Shown here in pieces: positions 44,203 to 53,098 of a DNA stretch of 64,000 nt (positions are counted from its first letter, which is position 1; every line of letters starts with the position of its first letter). The notes under the pieces were generated by a model. That model saw nothing but the letters and a program-made list of their open reading frames with translations, ran no database searches and was not told the origin of the DNA. A program made the translations under genes and the position numbers. The stretch is from Candidatus Cybelea sp. GTDB taxonomy: Bacteria > Vulcanimicrobiota > Vulcanimicrobiia > Vulcanimicrobiales > Vulcanimicrobiaceae. The stretch covers positions 9,974-73,973 of the forward strand of contig DASRSI010000009.1 of the NCBI GenBank assembly GCA_035695445.1, read 5' to 3'.

Positions 44203-45508
44203 AGCCAAACCCGCGCAGAACAAGAAGCGGCCGGAGAGCAACCCTCTCCGGCCGCTCGTTAACTTTTTCCGCGTTCTTGGACCGGGTTTAATTACCGGCG
44301 CGGCCGACGACGATCCGTCGGGCATCTCCACGTACTCCGTGGCCGGCGCGTCGGCCGGCTTCTCGATGCTCTGGCTCACGCTCATCTCCACGCCCATGAT
44401 GTCGGTCGTGCAAGGAATGTGTGCGAGAATCGCCATGGTCACGGGGGAAGGCCTCGCGGCGCTCATGCGCAAGCGGCTGCCCATTGCGCTCTCCTACTCG
44501 CTCGCGGCGCTGGTCATCGTAGCCAACACCTTCAACGTGGGCGCCGATCTCGGCGGCATGGCCGACGCGGCGCACTTGGTGATTCCGCTGCCGGTCGACG
44601 CGTGGGTCTTCTTCTTTGGTGTCGGGCTGATCGCCGCGCAGACCTGGCTCTCCTATACGATGCTCGCCCGCGTCTTCAAGTGGCTCACCCTCTCGCTCTT
44701 CGCCTATATCGTCACGGCCTTCGTCGTGCGCCCGAACTGGGGCACCGTGCTCTTTCACTTCGCCATTCCGCACATCGAGCTGAACGGGGCGTGGCTTTCG
44801 ACCATGGTCGGCGTCCTGGGGACGACGATCACGCCGTATCTCTTCTTCTGGCAAGCCTCCCTGATGGTCGAGGAAGATAAGCAGGCCGGCAACGCCACGC
44901 TCGCGTCGCGGCGCGGCACCGAGAAGAACGCCGTTAAGAACATGCATACCGACGTCAACAGCGGCATGATCTTCTCCAACCTCGTGGCGTTCTTCATCAT
45001 CGTCACCACCGCAGCCACGCTCAACCTGCACGGCAAGCACGATATCGCAACCGCGCAGCAAGCCGCGGAAGCGCTGCGGCCCTTGGCTGGGAACTTCGCC
45101 TACCTGCTCTTTACGCTGGGCATGGTGGGAACGGGCGTGTTGGCGGTGCCGGTGCTCGCAGGATCGTCGGCGTATGTCGCCGCGCAGACCTTTCGCTTCC
45201 GAGAGGGGCTCAACGAGCCGCCGAAGCGCGCGCCGAAATTTTACGGAATCCTCACGGCCGGAATCGTCATCGGAATCGCGATGAACCTCTTGAAAATCGA
45301 CGCGATCAGGGCGCTCTTCTGGTCGGCCGTTCTCAACGGCGTAGCCGCGGTACCGCTCATCGCGGTGATCGTCTGGTTCGCCTCGAGTACATCGATTATG
45401 GGCAAATGGAAGAGCTCGATCGTAGCGCGGGTTTGGGGATGGGGTACGGTTGCGCTCATGGGCGCGGCAACGCTTGGAATGTTCTACTTCATGGCAAAAG
45501 GCGCGTAG
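44192..45508 (+). CDS. mntH: Nramp-family divalent metal (Mn2+/Fe2+) transporter
   Basis: GPGLITGAADDDPSGISTYSVAGA matches the Nramp signature region. About 11 hydrophobic segments. GTG at 44192 overlaps the upstream gene by 11 nt. Confidence 0.85.
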   Translation: MTSKAKPAQNKKRPESNPLRPLVNFFRVLGPGLITGAADDDPSGISTYSVAGASAGFSMLWLTLISTPMMSVVQGMCARIAMVTGEGLAALMRKRLPIALSYSLAALVIVANTFNVGADLGGMADAAHLVIPLPVDAWVFFFGVGLIAAQTWLSYTMLARVFKWLTLSLFAYIVTAFVVRPNWGTVLFHFAIPHIELNGAWLSTMVGVLGTTITPYLFFWQASLMVEEDKQAGNATLASRRGTEKNAVKNMHTDVNSGMIFSNLVAFFIIVTTAATLNLHGKHDIATAQQAAEALRPLAGNFAYLLFTLGMVGTGVLAVPVLAGSSAYVAAQTFRFREGLNEPPKRAPKFYGILTAGIVIGIAMNLLKIDAIRALFWSAVLNGVAAVPLIAVIVWFASSTSIMGKWKSSIVARVWGWGTVALMGAATLGMFYFMAKGA

Positions 45509-45515
45509 CACCGCC

Positions 45516-47396
45516 TTACATTCGCACCTCGATGCCGAGCCGCGCGAGCGCGTCGGGGGGAATCCCGAGCGACGAGGTCACGCTGCGCGCGTTGCGGCGC
45601 AAAACGACGTAGAGACCGCGCCAGAACGCGTGGAATACTCCCCCACCCTCGGCAATGATCTGCGGATCGGCGCTGTAGTAGGTGGTATCCTCGCCGCCGA
45701 TGTGAAGTCCGGCTGCCGCGCAGGCGTGCGTGATGCGAGCGATATCGAGTTTCTCCATGAACCCGAAACTCGCGGTCACGCGCACCAAGCCTTCCGAGAG
45801 CCACTCCACTTCGACGCGCCGTTCGCCACGGACGTAGGGCTCGGTGGACGGGATGATCGTGAGCAGAACGATCTTCTCGTCGATGCTGTGCGTGCGCGCC
45901 CAGTGGTGACGAAGCACGAACGGAATTCCCTGGGGATCGCCGGTTAAAAAGACGGCCGTTCCCTGATAGGGAACGCCCAAGCGCCCTTGCACTTCGCGCA
46001 GAAAATCGCTCACCGGCTGCGATTGCTCGCGCTGCACGATGGCGACGCGCCGTTTCCCCGCCCGCCAGCTGCCGGCAATAACGAAGATCGCCGCGCTCAC
46101 CACGAGCGGAATCCAGCCGCCTTCGAGCACCTTGGGAAGACTCCCGATGACGAACAATATTTCCACGGCCAGGAAGGGTACCGTCGAAAGGAGCGCCGCA
46201 CTCAAGCTCCACCGGAAGCGCACGCGCACGACCTCGAAATAGGCGATCGAGGTGACGACCATCGTTGCGGCGACGGCGAGCCCGTAGGCGTTGGCCAGGC
46301 GCGCCGAGCTCTGGAACGTCACCACCAAGAGGATGCAGATCACCGCGAGGAGCCGGTTCACAAACGGAACGTAGACCTGGCCGCGGTGCGCCAGCGACGT
46401 GTAGATCACGCGCATGCGCGGGATGAATCCCAAACTGATGCCTTGTTTCGTGAGCGTGAAGACGCCGGAAATGAGCGCCTGCGATGCGATGATCGTCGCG
46501 ACCGTTGCGATTGCGACGACGGGATAGAGTGCCCAGCTCGGCGCCAACCGGTAGAACGGATTCTCCAGGCTGGCGGGTTGGGCTAGCACCAGCGCTCCTT
46601 GCCCGAGGTAGTTCAAAACGAGCGCCGGAAAGACGACGACCGTCCACGCCAGCGCAATCGGCGCGCGCCCGAAGTGCGACATATCCGCATAGAGCGCCTC
46701 CACCCCCGAAACGCAGAGCACGATCGCGCCGAATACGGTGAGTCCTGCCACGCCGTGATGCGCGAAGAAGCGCACGATATACCACGGATTAAAGGCCCAG
46801 AGCGCCGCCGGATATTTGGCAATGCCAAGCACGCCGAGCAATCCGATCGTAACGAACCACGCGAGCATGATCGGACCGAAGACCGATCCGATTCGGCCGG
46901 TGCCGCGGTTCTGAACGACAAATAACGCGACGAGAATACCGGCAGCAATCGGCACGATGTATGGCTGAGCATCCGAGGTCGCGACGCGAAGGCCTTCCAC
47001 CGACGAGAGCACCGAGACGGCCGGGGTGATGATACCGTCGCCGAAAAGCATTCCCGCACCGAGGATGATCAAGAAGGTCAACCAGGTGGCTTTGGGCGGT
47101 ACGCCGCGCTTCACCGGCGGCAGGATGAACGCCAATAGCGCCAGGATACCGCCTTCGCCGCCGTGCGCGATTCGCATCACCATCCCGATATACCGAACGA
47201 AAACGATGAGAATCAGCGACCAGAGGATCAAACTCAGCAGCCCTAGCACGTTCTCGTGCGTCGGAGCGACCATCAGCAAACCGGCAAAGCATTGCCGGAA
47301 CGCGTAGAGCGGGCTCGTTCCGATATCGCCAAAGACGATTCCAAGCGCGCCAAGGGCCAACGCGGCCCCGAGCGGCCGATGCGCCTTATCCCCCAT
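45516..47396 (-). CDS. kup: KUP/HAK/KT potassium uptake transporter
   Basis: LGALGIVFGDIGTSPLYAF is the Kup N-terminal signature. 626 aa, with about 12 TM segments plus a cytoplasmic C-terminal domain. Confidence 0.92.
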   Translation of the reverse strand: MGDKAHRPLGAALALGALGIVFGDIGTSPLYAFRQCFAGLLMVAPTHENVLGLLSLILWSLILIVFVRYIGMVMRIAHGGEGGILALLAFILPPVKRGVPPKATWLTFLIILGAGMLFGDGIITPAVSVLSSVEGLRVATSDAQPYIVPIAAGILVALFVVQNRGTGRIGSVFGPIMLAWFVTIGLLGVLGIAKYPAALWAFNPWYIVRFFAHHGVAGLTVFGAIVLCVSGVEALYADMSHFGRAPIALAWTVVVFPALVLNYLGQGALVLAQPASLENPFYRLAPSWALYPVVAIATVATIIASQALISGVFTLTKQGISLGFIPRMRVIYTSLAHRGQVYVPFVNRLLAVICILLVVTFQSSARLANAYGLAVAATMVVTSIAYFEVVRVRFRWSLSAALLSTVPFLAVEILFVIGSLPKVLEGGWIPLVVSAAIFVIAGSWRAGKRRVAIVQREQSQPVSDFLREVQGRLGVPYQGTAVFLTGDPQGIPFVLRHHWARTHSIDEKIVLLTIIPSTEPYVRGERRVEVEWLSEGLVRVTASFGFMEKLDIARITHACAAAGLHIGGEDTTYYSADPQIIAEGGGVFHAFWRGLYVVLRRNARSVTSSLGIPPDALARLGIEVRM

Positions 47397-47477
47397 GCGC
47401 CAGTATTCCCCGCGTTTGGCCGCTTACCGTGTTGGGAACGCTAAGAATGGCACTGCTACGTAAGGAAGGCGGATGGA

Positions 47478-47738
47478 ATGGGAATTCTGGCGTGGATTAT
47501 TTTCGGCTTAATCGTGGGAGCCATCGCGAAGTTCTTCGTACCCGGCGACGGGCCCGGCGGCCTGATCGGTGACATTATTATCGGCATCGTCGGCGCCGTG
47601 ATCGGCGGATTTATTTACGGCTTCTTCGGTCATGTGGGGGTGACGGGATTCAACATCGGCAGTATGGTCTGCGCGCTTATCGGCGCGATCGTTCTGCTGG
47701 CGATTATTCGGGCCGTCACTCGTCCGTCGGCAGCGTAA
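47478..47738 (+). CDS. GlsB/YeaQ/YmgE family stress-response membrane protein
   Basis: 86 aa. MGILAWIIFGLIVGAIAKFFVPG and Gly-zipper TM segments typical of the transglycosylase-associated protein family. Confidence 0.85.
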   Translation: MGILAWIIFGLIVGAIAKFFVPGDGPGGLIGDIIIGIVGAVIGGFIYGFFGHVGVTGFNIGSMVCALIGAIVLLAIIRAVTRPSAA

Positions 47739-47751
47739 TCACCGCCTAGGA

Positions 47752-48138
47752 CTAGCGTTGGGATCGGCGCCGTCGAACGCGGCCCAGATCTTCCTTGAGA
47801 TCGGCGATTGTCTGCTCCGGCACGAACGGCGCAGCTTCGCCGATCTTCTTGCGTCCGGCGAGCGCGAGAGCCGCCGTCGCCGCCGCCCAGAGAATGGTAA
47901 CGACGAGTACGGCGCTCCACATTGGCAACACCAAGCCGAGCAGCAGCGCGACGAGCACCGACCCCGACGCGAGCGTAAAGAATCCCGCAAGCGCCGAGCC
48001 GCTGAGCATGCCCGCGCCCATACCGGCAGACTTCGCCTTCTCGACCATTTCCTGACGGGCAATGGCGAGCTCGTCGCGGATCAACACCGTGATGTCGCCG
48101 ACGAGCTGCTTGAGCGGCTCCGCGGGAGCATCCTTCAT
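47752..48138 (-). CDS. Holin-X-like (phage holin superfamily III / DUF1469-like) membrane protein
   Basis: The internal ATG at 48138 gives a 128-aa protein. It has an amphipathic N-terminus (LVGDITVLIRDELAIARQEMVEKAKSAG), two TM segments, and a tail PEQTIADLKEDL. The upstream part of the track ORF has no protein-like character. Confidence 0.7.
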   Translation of the reverse strand: MKDAPAEPLKQLVGDITVLIRDELAIARQEMVEKAKSAGMGAGMLSGSALAGFFTLASGSVLVALLLGLVLPMWSAVLVVTILWAAATAALALAGRKKIGEAAPFVPEQTIADLKEDLGRVRRRRSQR

Positions 48139-48142
48139 ATCG

Positions 48143-48331
48143 CTAAGGAATACGGCTCGGGTCGTCGTCGAGACAACCGTTGAGCTGCGTCCGCAGATTT
48201 CGCAACTTCGATCGAAGCGTTCCGGTGCCTCGCACGTCGGCGTCGAGATCTTGCGGCCGTTGCAGCAGCGTCGTGATTTGGTCGACGGCGCCCGCGATAA
48301 GGAGACGTTCGAGTACTGGATCCCGGTCCAT
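48143..48331 (-). CDS. Small hypothetical protein (62 aa) upstream of the holin-X-like gene
   Basis: ATG at 48331. The stop lies 4 nt before the downstream start. Helical-looking sequence MDRDPVLERLLIAGAVDQITTLLQ. Weak call. Confidence 0.3.
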   Translation of the reverse strand: MDRDPVLERLLIAGAVDQITTLLQRPQDLDADVRGTGTLRSKLRNLRTQLNGCLDDDPSRIP

Positions 48332-48395
48332 ACGATACGTAGTACCCAAGTTTCGAATCGCTCCATCGCGGGCAAGCTGCGGAGGGAGGTAGAGA

Positions 48396-48758
48396 ATGGC
48401 TGCTCGCAAGGTATCGAAGAAATCCGCAACTCGAAAGAAGTCCACAACGCGGAAAAAACAGAGTGCAACGCGTTCAAAAGGCGCCGCGAAACGCACATCG
48501 GCCGTTTCGAAAGCCATGAAGAAGGCGTCGACGACCGCCAAAAAAGGCGCAAAGAGCGCGACGAAGCGCGTGAAAGCCATCGCGGCCGATCCGGAGCGCA
48601 CGGTCAAGCAGGCTGCACGCGGCGTTCGTAAAGGCGCAGCGCGCGCGCACGATATCGGCGAGAGCGTCGCCCGCGCGGGTGAGCTCATTCAAAAGACCGC
48701 CGAACTCGTGAATGAAGTCGCGGCGCGTGCCGGCACGCGCCGCCGAAAACGGCGCTAG
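48396..48758 (+). CDS. Lys/Ala-rich basic protein (histone H1-like low-complexity)
   Basis: GGAGGGAGG precedes the ATG. 120 aa with an N-terminal KKSATRKKSTTRKK-type repeat and a helical C-terminal half. Confidence 0.5.
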   Translation: MAARKVSKKSATRKKSTTRKKQSATRSKGAAKRTSAVSKAMKKASTTAKKGAKSATKRVKAIAADPERTVKQAARGVRKGAARAHDIGESVARAGELIQKTAELVNEVAARAGTRRRKRR

Positions 48759-48831
48759 CGGCCGACACTTCTTTTTAATCGGAGAGATCGCTCCAGGCGC
48801 TGAAAACGGGAGCGCCAAATAGAGTATCACG

Positions 48832-51540
48832 GTGATTGTTCGACCGGTCCTCTGCCGTCCGTTCATTGGACGCCGGGCTGAGCTTGCTTATCTGCGAGAG
48901 CGCCGCCTCGAGGCGGGCTCGTCGCGTGGCAGTTTAGTCTTTGTCGGCGGAGACCCAGGCATGGGCAAGTCGCGGCTCATTTCGGAGTTTTGCGCCTCTT
49001 TGGCCTACACGCGTTGTCGAATCGCCTACGGACTCTGCCGGGAGTTCGGAGGCCGTCCCTACGGTCCGATCTTGGAAGCGTTATCGAGGCTCGACCCGAG
49101 CGCGGTCCAATTAACGCGCACCGAATCGAAGCGGCAGTATTTTGATGCGATCGTCGATCGTTTCGTGGAAATTGCCTCACGCAAAGCGCTCGTGGTCATC
49201 ATCGAGGATTTGCACTGGGCCGACGCGGCAACCCTCGACTTACTGGCCTTTCTCGGTTCGCGACTTCACCGTATGCGCGTGCTTTTGGTCGCCTCATTTC
49301 GCCCCGACGATCTGCACGCCGAACATCCTGCAACCGCCGGCATCGAGAGAGTCGGACGTTCGGCGCAGGCTTCCCGTATTGATTTGCCGCCGCTCGAGGG
49401 GGTCGAGTTGCGCAGATTTATCGACGAGGCGCTATCCGGTTTCGAGGTGAGCGCGCAGCAACGGCGCAGCATTGCGCTCGCCGGCGAAGGCAATCCGTTC
49501 TTTACCGAAGAGCTGCTCAAGAACGCCGTCCAAGATGTCCCCGACGGTCGCGGGAGTCACCAAACCGGTCGCGTTCCGCAAAGCGTACGGTCGACGCTGC
49601 TCGAGAGGTTACGGCCGTTCGAAAGCGAGGATCGCCGCATCGTCACACATGCCGCCGTCATCGGGCGCACCTTTACGCTGAGCCTGCTTTCGTCGGTTGC
49701 CGGTGCCCAACCCGAGCGCATACTTTCGGCGTTGCGTCGCGCTCGCGACTTTCAGCTCATCGAGGAACTCGAACCGAGCCTCTTCCGGTTTCGCCACGGC
49801 CTGACGCGAGAAGCAATCTGCGGTGATTTTCTCCGTACGGAACTTCGCCCGCTGCATCACCGGATCGCCCTGATATTAGAGAGCGCACCGGAGAACGAGC
49901 GGTCGATCGAAGCGCTAGCGTATCACTCCTGGGCAGCTGGTGACGACGAGCGGTGCGTTCGATATAACGAATTGGCCGGCGATGCGGCACGGCAAGTGCA
50001 CGCGTACGACGACGCCATCGCCTTTTACGAGCGCGCCCTCGAGTCGAAGAGCGTTGCTGCGTTCACCCGGGGTGCCCTGTTGGAAAAAGTGGCGAATCTG
50101 CGCTTAGTCTTGACCGCGCGCGAAGAGAGCGAGGCAACGTATCAGGCCGCAGCCGATTCGTTTGCGATCGCGAAGGCGTTTGAGCGCGAGGCGGTCTGCC
50201 GCGTTCGTGCAGCCATGACCGCATACACGGTCACCCTTTCAGATACGACCGCCCCGCTCGAGCAAATGCTCGTGCGGATCGATGATAGCGAGCGTCTTGC
50301 CCGGGCCCGGCTGCATCTGGGGATTGCGTGGATCGCCGCTGCGTTACGGTTTCCATCGCGAGCACAAGCTCATCTGGCGCACGTCGATCTGCGGGTGGCG
50401 GCAGGCGTGACCGATGTCCAGGTTCGATACCATCACGTTGCGGCGATCGTCAGCACGGCGCTCGGCGACGCCGACGGTTTGCGTCGCGAGCACGCGGCGT
50501 GGCTCGATGCGGCACGCGCTCACGGTGCGGGTGCCGTTGCCGGCGTCTATTACAACGGGGCGAAATATTTTGCGTCGTTTGGTCTGCACGAGGAGGCGCA
50601 AGAGAGCATCCGCCAAGCGCTTCGGTTGGCGGGCGAAGTGCGTAATCGCCATGCCGAAGAGTGCGCGCACGCAACCGCGGCGCTCTGCTATGTTTTGAGC
50701 GGCGATTTGCAAGCCGCCCGCAAGGCAGTCGAGGCGGTTCCCACGACCTCCGATAACCGCGTCAACATTACGTTTGCGACCGCCGCCGGCACGGCGCTGG
50801 GAACGTATCTCGGAGACGACCGCTTGATCGAGAAATGGTTTGACGGATTCGAAGCGTCGATCTTATCCGCCCCGGAGATCGAGTGCGGTTACGGTTTTGC
50901 CGAAGTACTCGTCCGCCGCGGACGGCGGAAGGAAGCCGAAGCGTTCTTACATCGCGCTCTGCCCGATTGCGAGCTCGTTCGGGGCGAAGTGTTGACGATG
51001 CTTGAGATCGCTCGTTATGGAGCAGCCGGCGATCGCGCGCGGGCGCGCCGATATCTCGCGCGAGCGAGCGAAGCCGGCGACTCGCTCGAGCGCCCGGCCC
51101 TTGCGCTCTTCGATGCGATATGTGAATCCGGCGATCGTCCGGAGCGAGCAAAGCAGCTAGCTCGCGCCGCGGCGGAGGGTTTCCGGCGCTTTCGCACGCC
51201 GCTCATCGAGGCTGCCGCGCTCGAAGTGGCCGGAGAGGCCGAATTGGCGTTGCTGCTCTATCGTCGATGCGGCGCGACCCATCACGTGCGCCGGCTCGAA
51301 GGCATTGGCTCCAACGCTCTGCCCGCGTTCGAACCGCCGGGCGGAGCGGAAATGGCGCTCCTTTCGGCACGAGAGCGTGAGATCGCCCTTCTCGCCGCGC
51401 GCGGGCAATCGAATCTGGAGATCGCCGACGCCCTTTCCATCAGCCATAAGACCGTAGAAAAACATCTCGGCTCCGCCTATCAAAAGCTCGGCGTTTCATC
51501 GCGCCGCGCGCTTCGATCGTATGTCGGCGAGAATCGCTAG
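48832..51540 (+). CDS. LuxR-family transcriptional regulator of the large ATP-binding (LAL/MalT-like) class
   Basis: FIGRRAELAYL followed by Walker A GGDPGMGKSRL. A long helical (TPR-like) middle. C-terminal LuxR HTH: LSAREREIALLAARGQSNLEIADALSISHKTVEKHLGSAYQKLGV. Confidence 0.88.
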   Translation: MIVRPVLCRPFIGRRAELAYLRERRLEAGSSRGSLVFVGGDPGMGKSRLISEFCASLAYTRCRIAYGLCREFGGRPYGPILEALSRLDPSAVQLTRTESKRQYFDAIVDRFVEIASRKALVVIIEDLHWADAATLDLLAFLGSRLHRMRVLLVASFRPDDLHAEHPATAGIERVGRSAQASRIDLPPLEGVELRRFIDEALSGFEVSAQQRRSIALAGEGNPFFTEELLKNAVQDVPDGRGSHQTGRVPQSVRSTLLERLRPFESEDRRIVTHAAVIGRTFTLSLLSSVAGAQPERILSALRRARDFQLIEELEPSLFRFRHGLTREAICGDFLRTELRPLHHRIALILESAPENERSIEALAYHSWAAGDDERCVRYNELAGDAARQVHAYDDAIAFYERALESKSVAAFTRGALLEKVANLRLVLTAREESEATYQAAADSFAIAKAFEREAVCRVRAAMTAYTVTLSDTTAPLEQMLVRIDDSERLARARLHLGIAWIAAALRFPSRAQAHLAHVDLRVAAGVTDVQVRYHHVAAIVSTALGDADGLRREHAAWLDAARAHGAGAVAGVYYNGAKYFASFGLHEEAQESIRQALRLAGEVRNRHAEECAHATAALCYVLSGDLQAARKAVEAVPTTSDNRVNITFATAAGTALGTYLGDDRLIEKWFDGFEASILSAPEIECGYGFAEVLVRRGRRKEAEAFLHRALPDCELVRGEVLTMLEIARYGAAGDRARARRYLARASEAGDSLERPALALFDAICESGDRPERAKQLARAAAEGFRRFRTPLIEAAALEVAGEAELALLLYRRCGATHHVRRLEGIGSNALPAFEPPGGAEMALLSAREREIALLAARGQSNLEIADALSISHKTVEKHLGSAYQKLGVSSRRALRSYVGENR

Positions 51541-51669
51541 CTTCGCGCAGCGAGCCGCCGCGGGGTAGGGTCGCCCACCCATACCGCGCCGCCCGGCGCT
51601 CCCGTACGATGTTTCCTAAGACGGCCCGTTTTGCGGCGCCGCCACTCTTGGAAAGGGAGCTTTGTTCGG

Positions 51670-53070
51670 ATGGGAGACTTACGTCAAATCGCCACAACAG
51701 CGATCCTTCTCGGATTTCCACTCGCGTTTACCAGCGGCTGCGGCGGAGCGGCGAGCGCCCCGGTTACACCTGCTTCGTCGGCGACCCAATCGGTGCAGTC
51801 CGGTACGGCACACGTAGCGAACCGGAGGCACGACGCGAAAGCGGGCGAGTGGCCCCAGTTCGGCTATAACCCGGGTCACAGCGGCTACAATCGGTTCGAA
51901 GATACCATCACGACACAGAACGTGTCGAACCTCCAGGTCGCCTGGAACGATTCAAGTCTCATTCAGCCCGGCGGGATCGTTCTCAGTGACGGCGTCGCCT
52001 ATGTTGACGATATGGGACAAGCAAACGAAGGCTTATACGCGCTCGATGCCGCGACCGGTGCGCAGAAGTGGTATGCGAATCTCAACCTCAACGGCTCCTG
52101 GGGCAATATGACTCATGCCGTTCCAGTGGTCGCCGGCAACGTCGTGGTCTCGCCGTGCAGCAACGGCTCGTCGAGCCCGTTCTTGACCGGCCTCTGCGGG
52201 GTGAATGCGAGAAGCGGCCAGCTCTTGTGGACGTATTATTGTACGCAGTATCAGGGCGGCGGATGCTCCGGCCTCGTGAACGGTTCCTCGCCGGCCCTCT
52301 ATCAGCGGCTCGTCTACGCGCAGATCACGCAAGGCATCAACGAGCAGCCTGACACCGAGGCACTCAATCCAAAGACCGGCGCGGTGGTTTGGGATGTTCC
52401 CGGCGTCTTTCACTGCCCCGATGGAGGTGCGAGCCAAGGCACTCCTCTGCCGGCCTCCAATGGCCTCGTATTTGCCGTGCTCGCATGTCAGGGCTCATCG
52501 GGTGCCACGGAAATCTGCGCCCTTTCGGCTGCCTCGGGAAGCGCGGCCTGGTGCGAATCGACGAGCAACATTTACGTTGAGACGCTGATTGCCGGCGGCG
52601 GCAAACTCTTTGCCGCCGAAACGATCGGCAGCAACACCGACGTGATTGCGTTCGACGCAACGAGCGGATCTCAAGTTTGGACGGCGACGTTGCCGGGCGC
52701 GAACTCTGCAACGTTAGCCATGGCGAATAACCGCCTCTTTGTCGACGATGGCGGAGTAGGCATTTTTGCCCTCAACGCACACAACGGCAAACCGGTCTGG
52801 AGTTACACGGCAAACTCGAACTTGACCCAAGGCGGCGTTTTATCGGTCGCTAACGGCATCGTCTATGCAGACGGCGGCGGCGGCAACAACGGAAACGTCG
52901 CGCTCGCCGCATTCGACGAAACGACGGGATCGGTCATATGGACGAGCAGTTCGGTCGGAAACGGTGCCGCACCGGCGACGCCGGTGATTCTCGATGGGAC
53001 GGTTTACGCCGGGTGCTACACCATGTGCGCGTTCGCGTTATCGTCTTCGGGAGAACACCGGAAACGATAG
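51670..53070 (+). CDS. PQQ-like / BamB-like beta-propeller repeat lipoprotein
   Basis: ATG at 51670 gives MGDLRQIATTAILLGFPLAFTSGC. Repeated motifs of the type G...W: DAATGAQKWY, ARSGQLLWTY, PKTGAVVWD, ATSGSQVWT, AHNGKPVWSY, ETTGSVIWT. Confidence 0.7.
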   Translation: MGDLRQIATTAILLGFPLAFTSGCGGAASAPVTPASSATQSVQSGTAHVANRRHDAKAGEWPQFGYNPGHSGYNRFEDTITTQNVSNLQVAWNDSSLIQPGGIVLSDGVAYVDDMGQANEGLYALDAATGAQKWYANLNLNGSWGNMTHAVPVVAGNVVVSPCSNGSSSPFLTGLCGVNARSGQLLWTYYCTQYQGGGCSGLVNGSSPALYQRLVYAQITQGINEQPDTEALNPKTGAVVWDVPGVFHCPDGGASQGTPLPASNGLVFAVLACQGSSGATEICALSAASGSAAWCESTSNIYVETLIAGGGKLFAAETIGSNTDVIAFDATSGSQVWTATLPGANSATLAMANNRLFVDDGGVGIFALNAHNGKPVWSYTANSNLTQGGVLSVANGIVYADGGGGNNGNVALAAFDETTGSVIWTSSSVGNGAAPATPVILDGTVYAGCYTMCAFALSSSGEHRKR

Positions 53071-53098
53071 CTAGCCACTCGGGGCGTTTTCAAAAGAC

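Noticed and set aside
48139-48552. Upstream 138 codons of track ORF 47752-48552.
   Set aside because: This part has no protein-like features. The family-typical holin-X-like sequence starts at the internal ATG 48138, and the region partly overlaps the better-supported Lys-rich ORF on the other strand.
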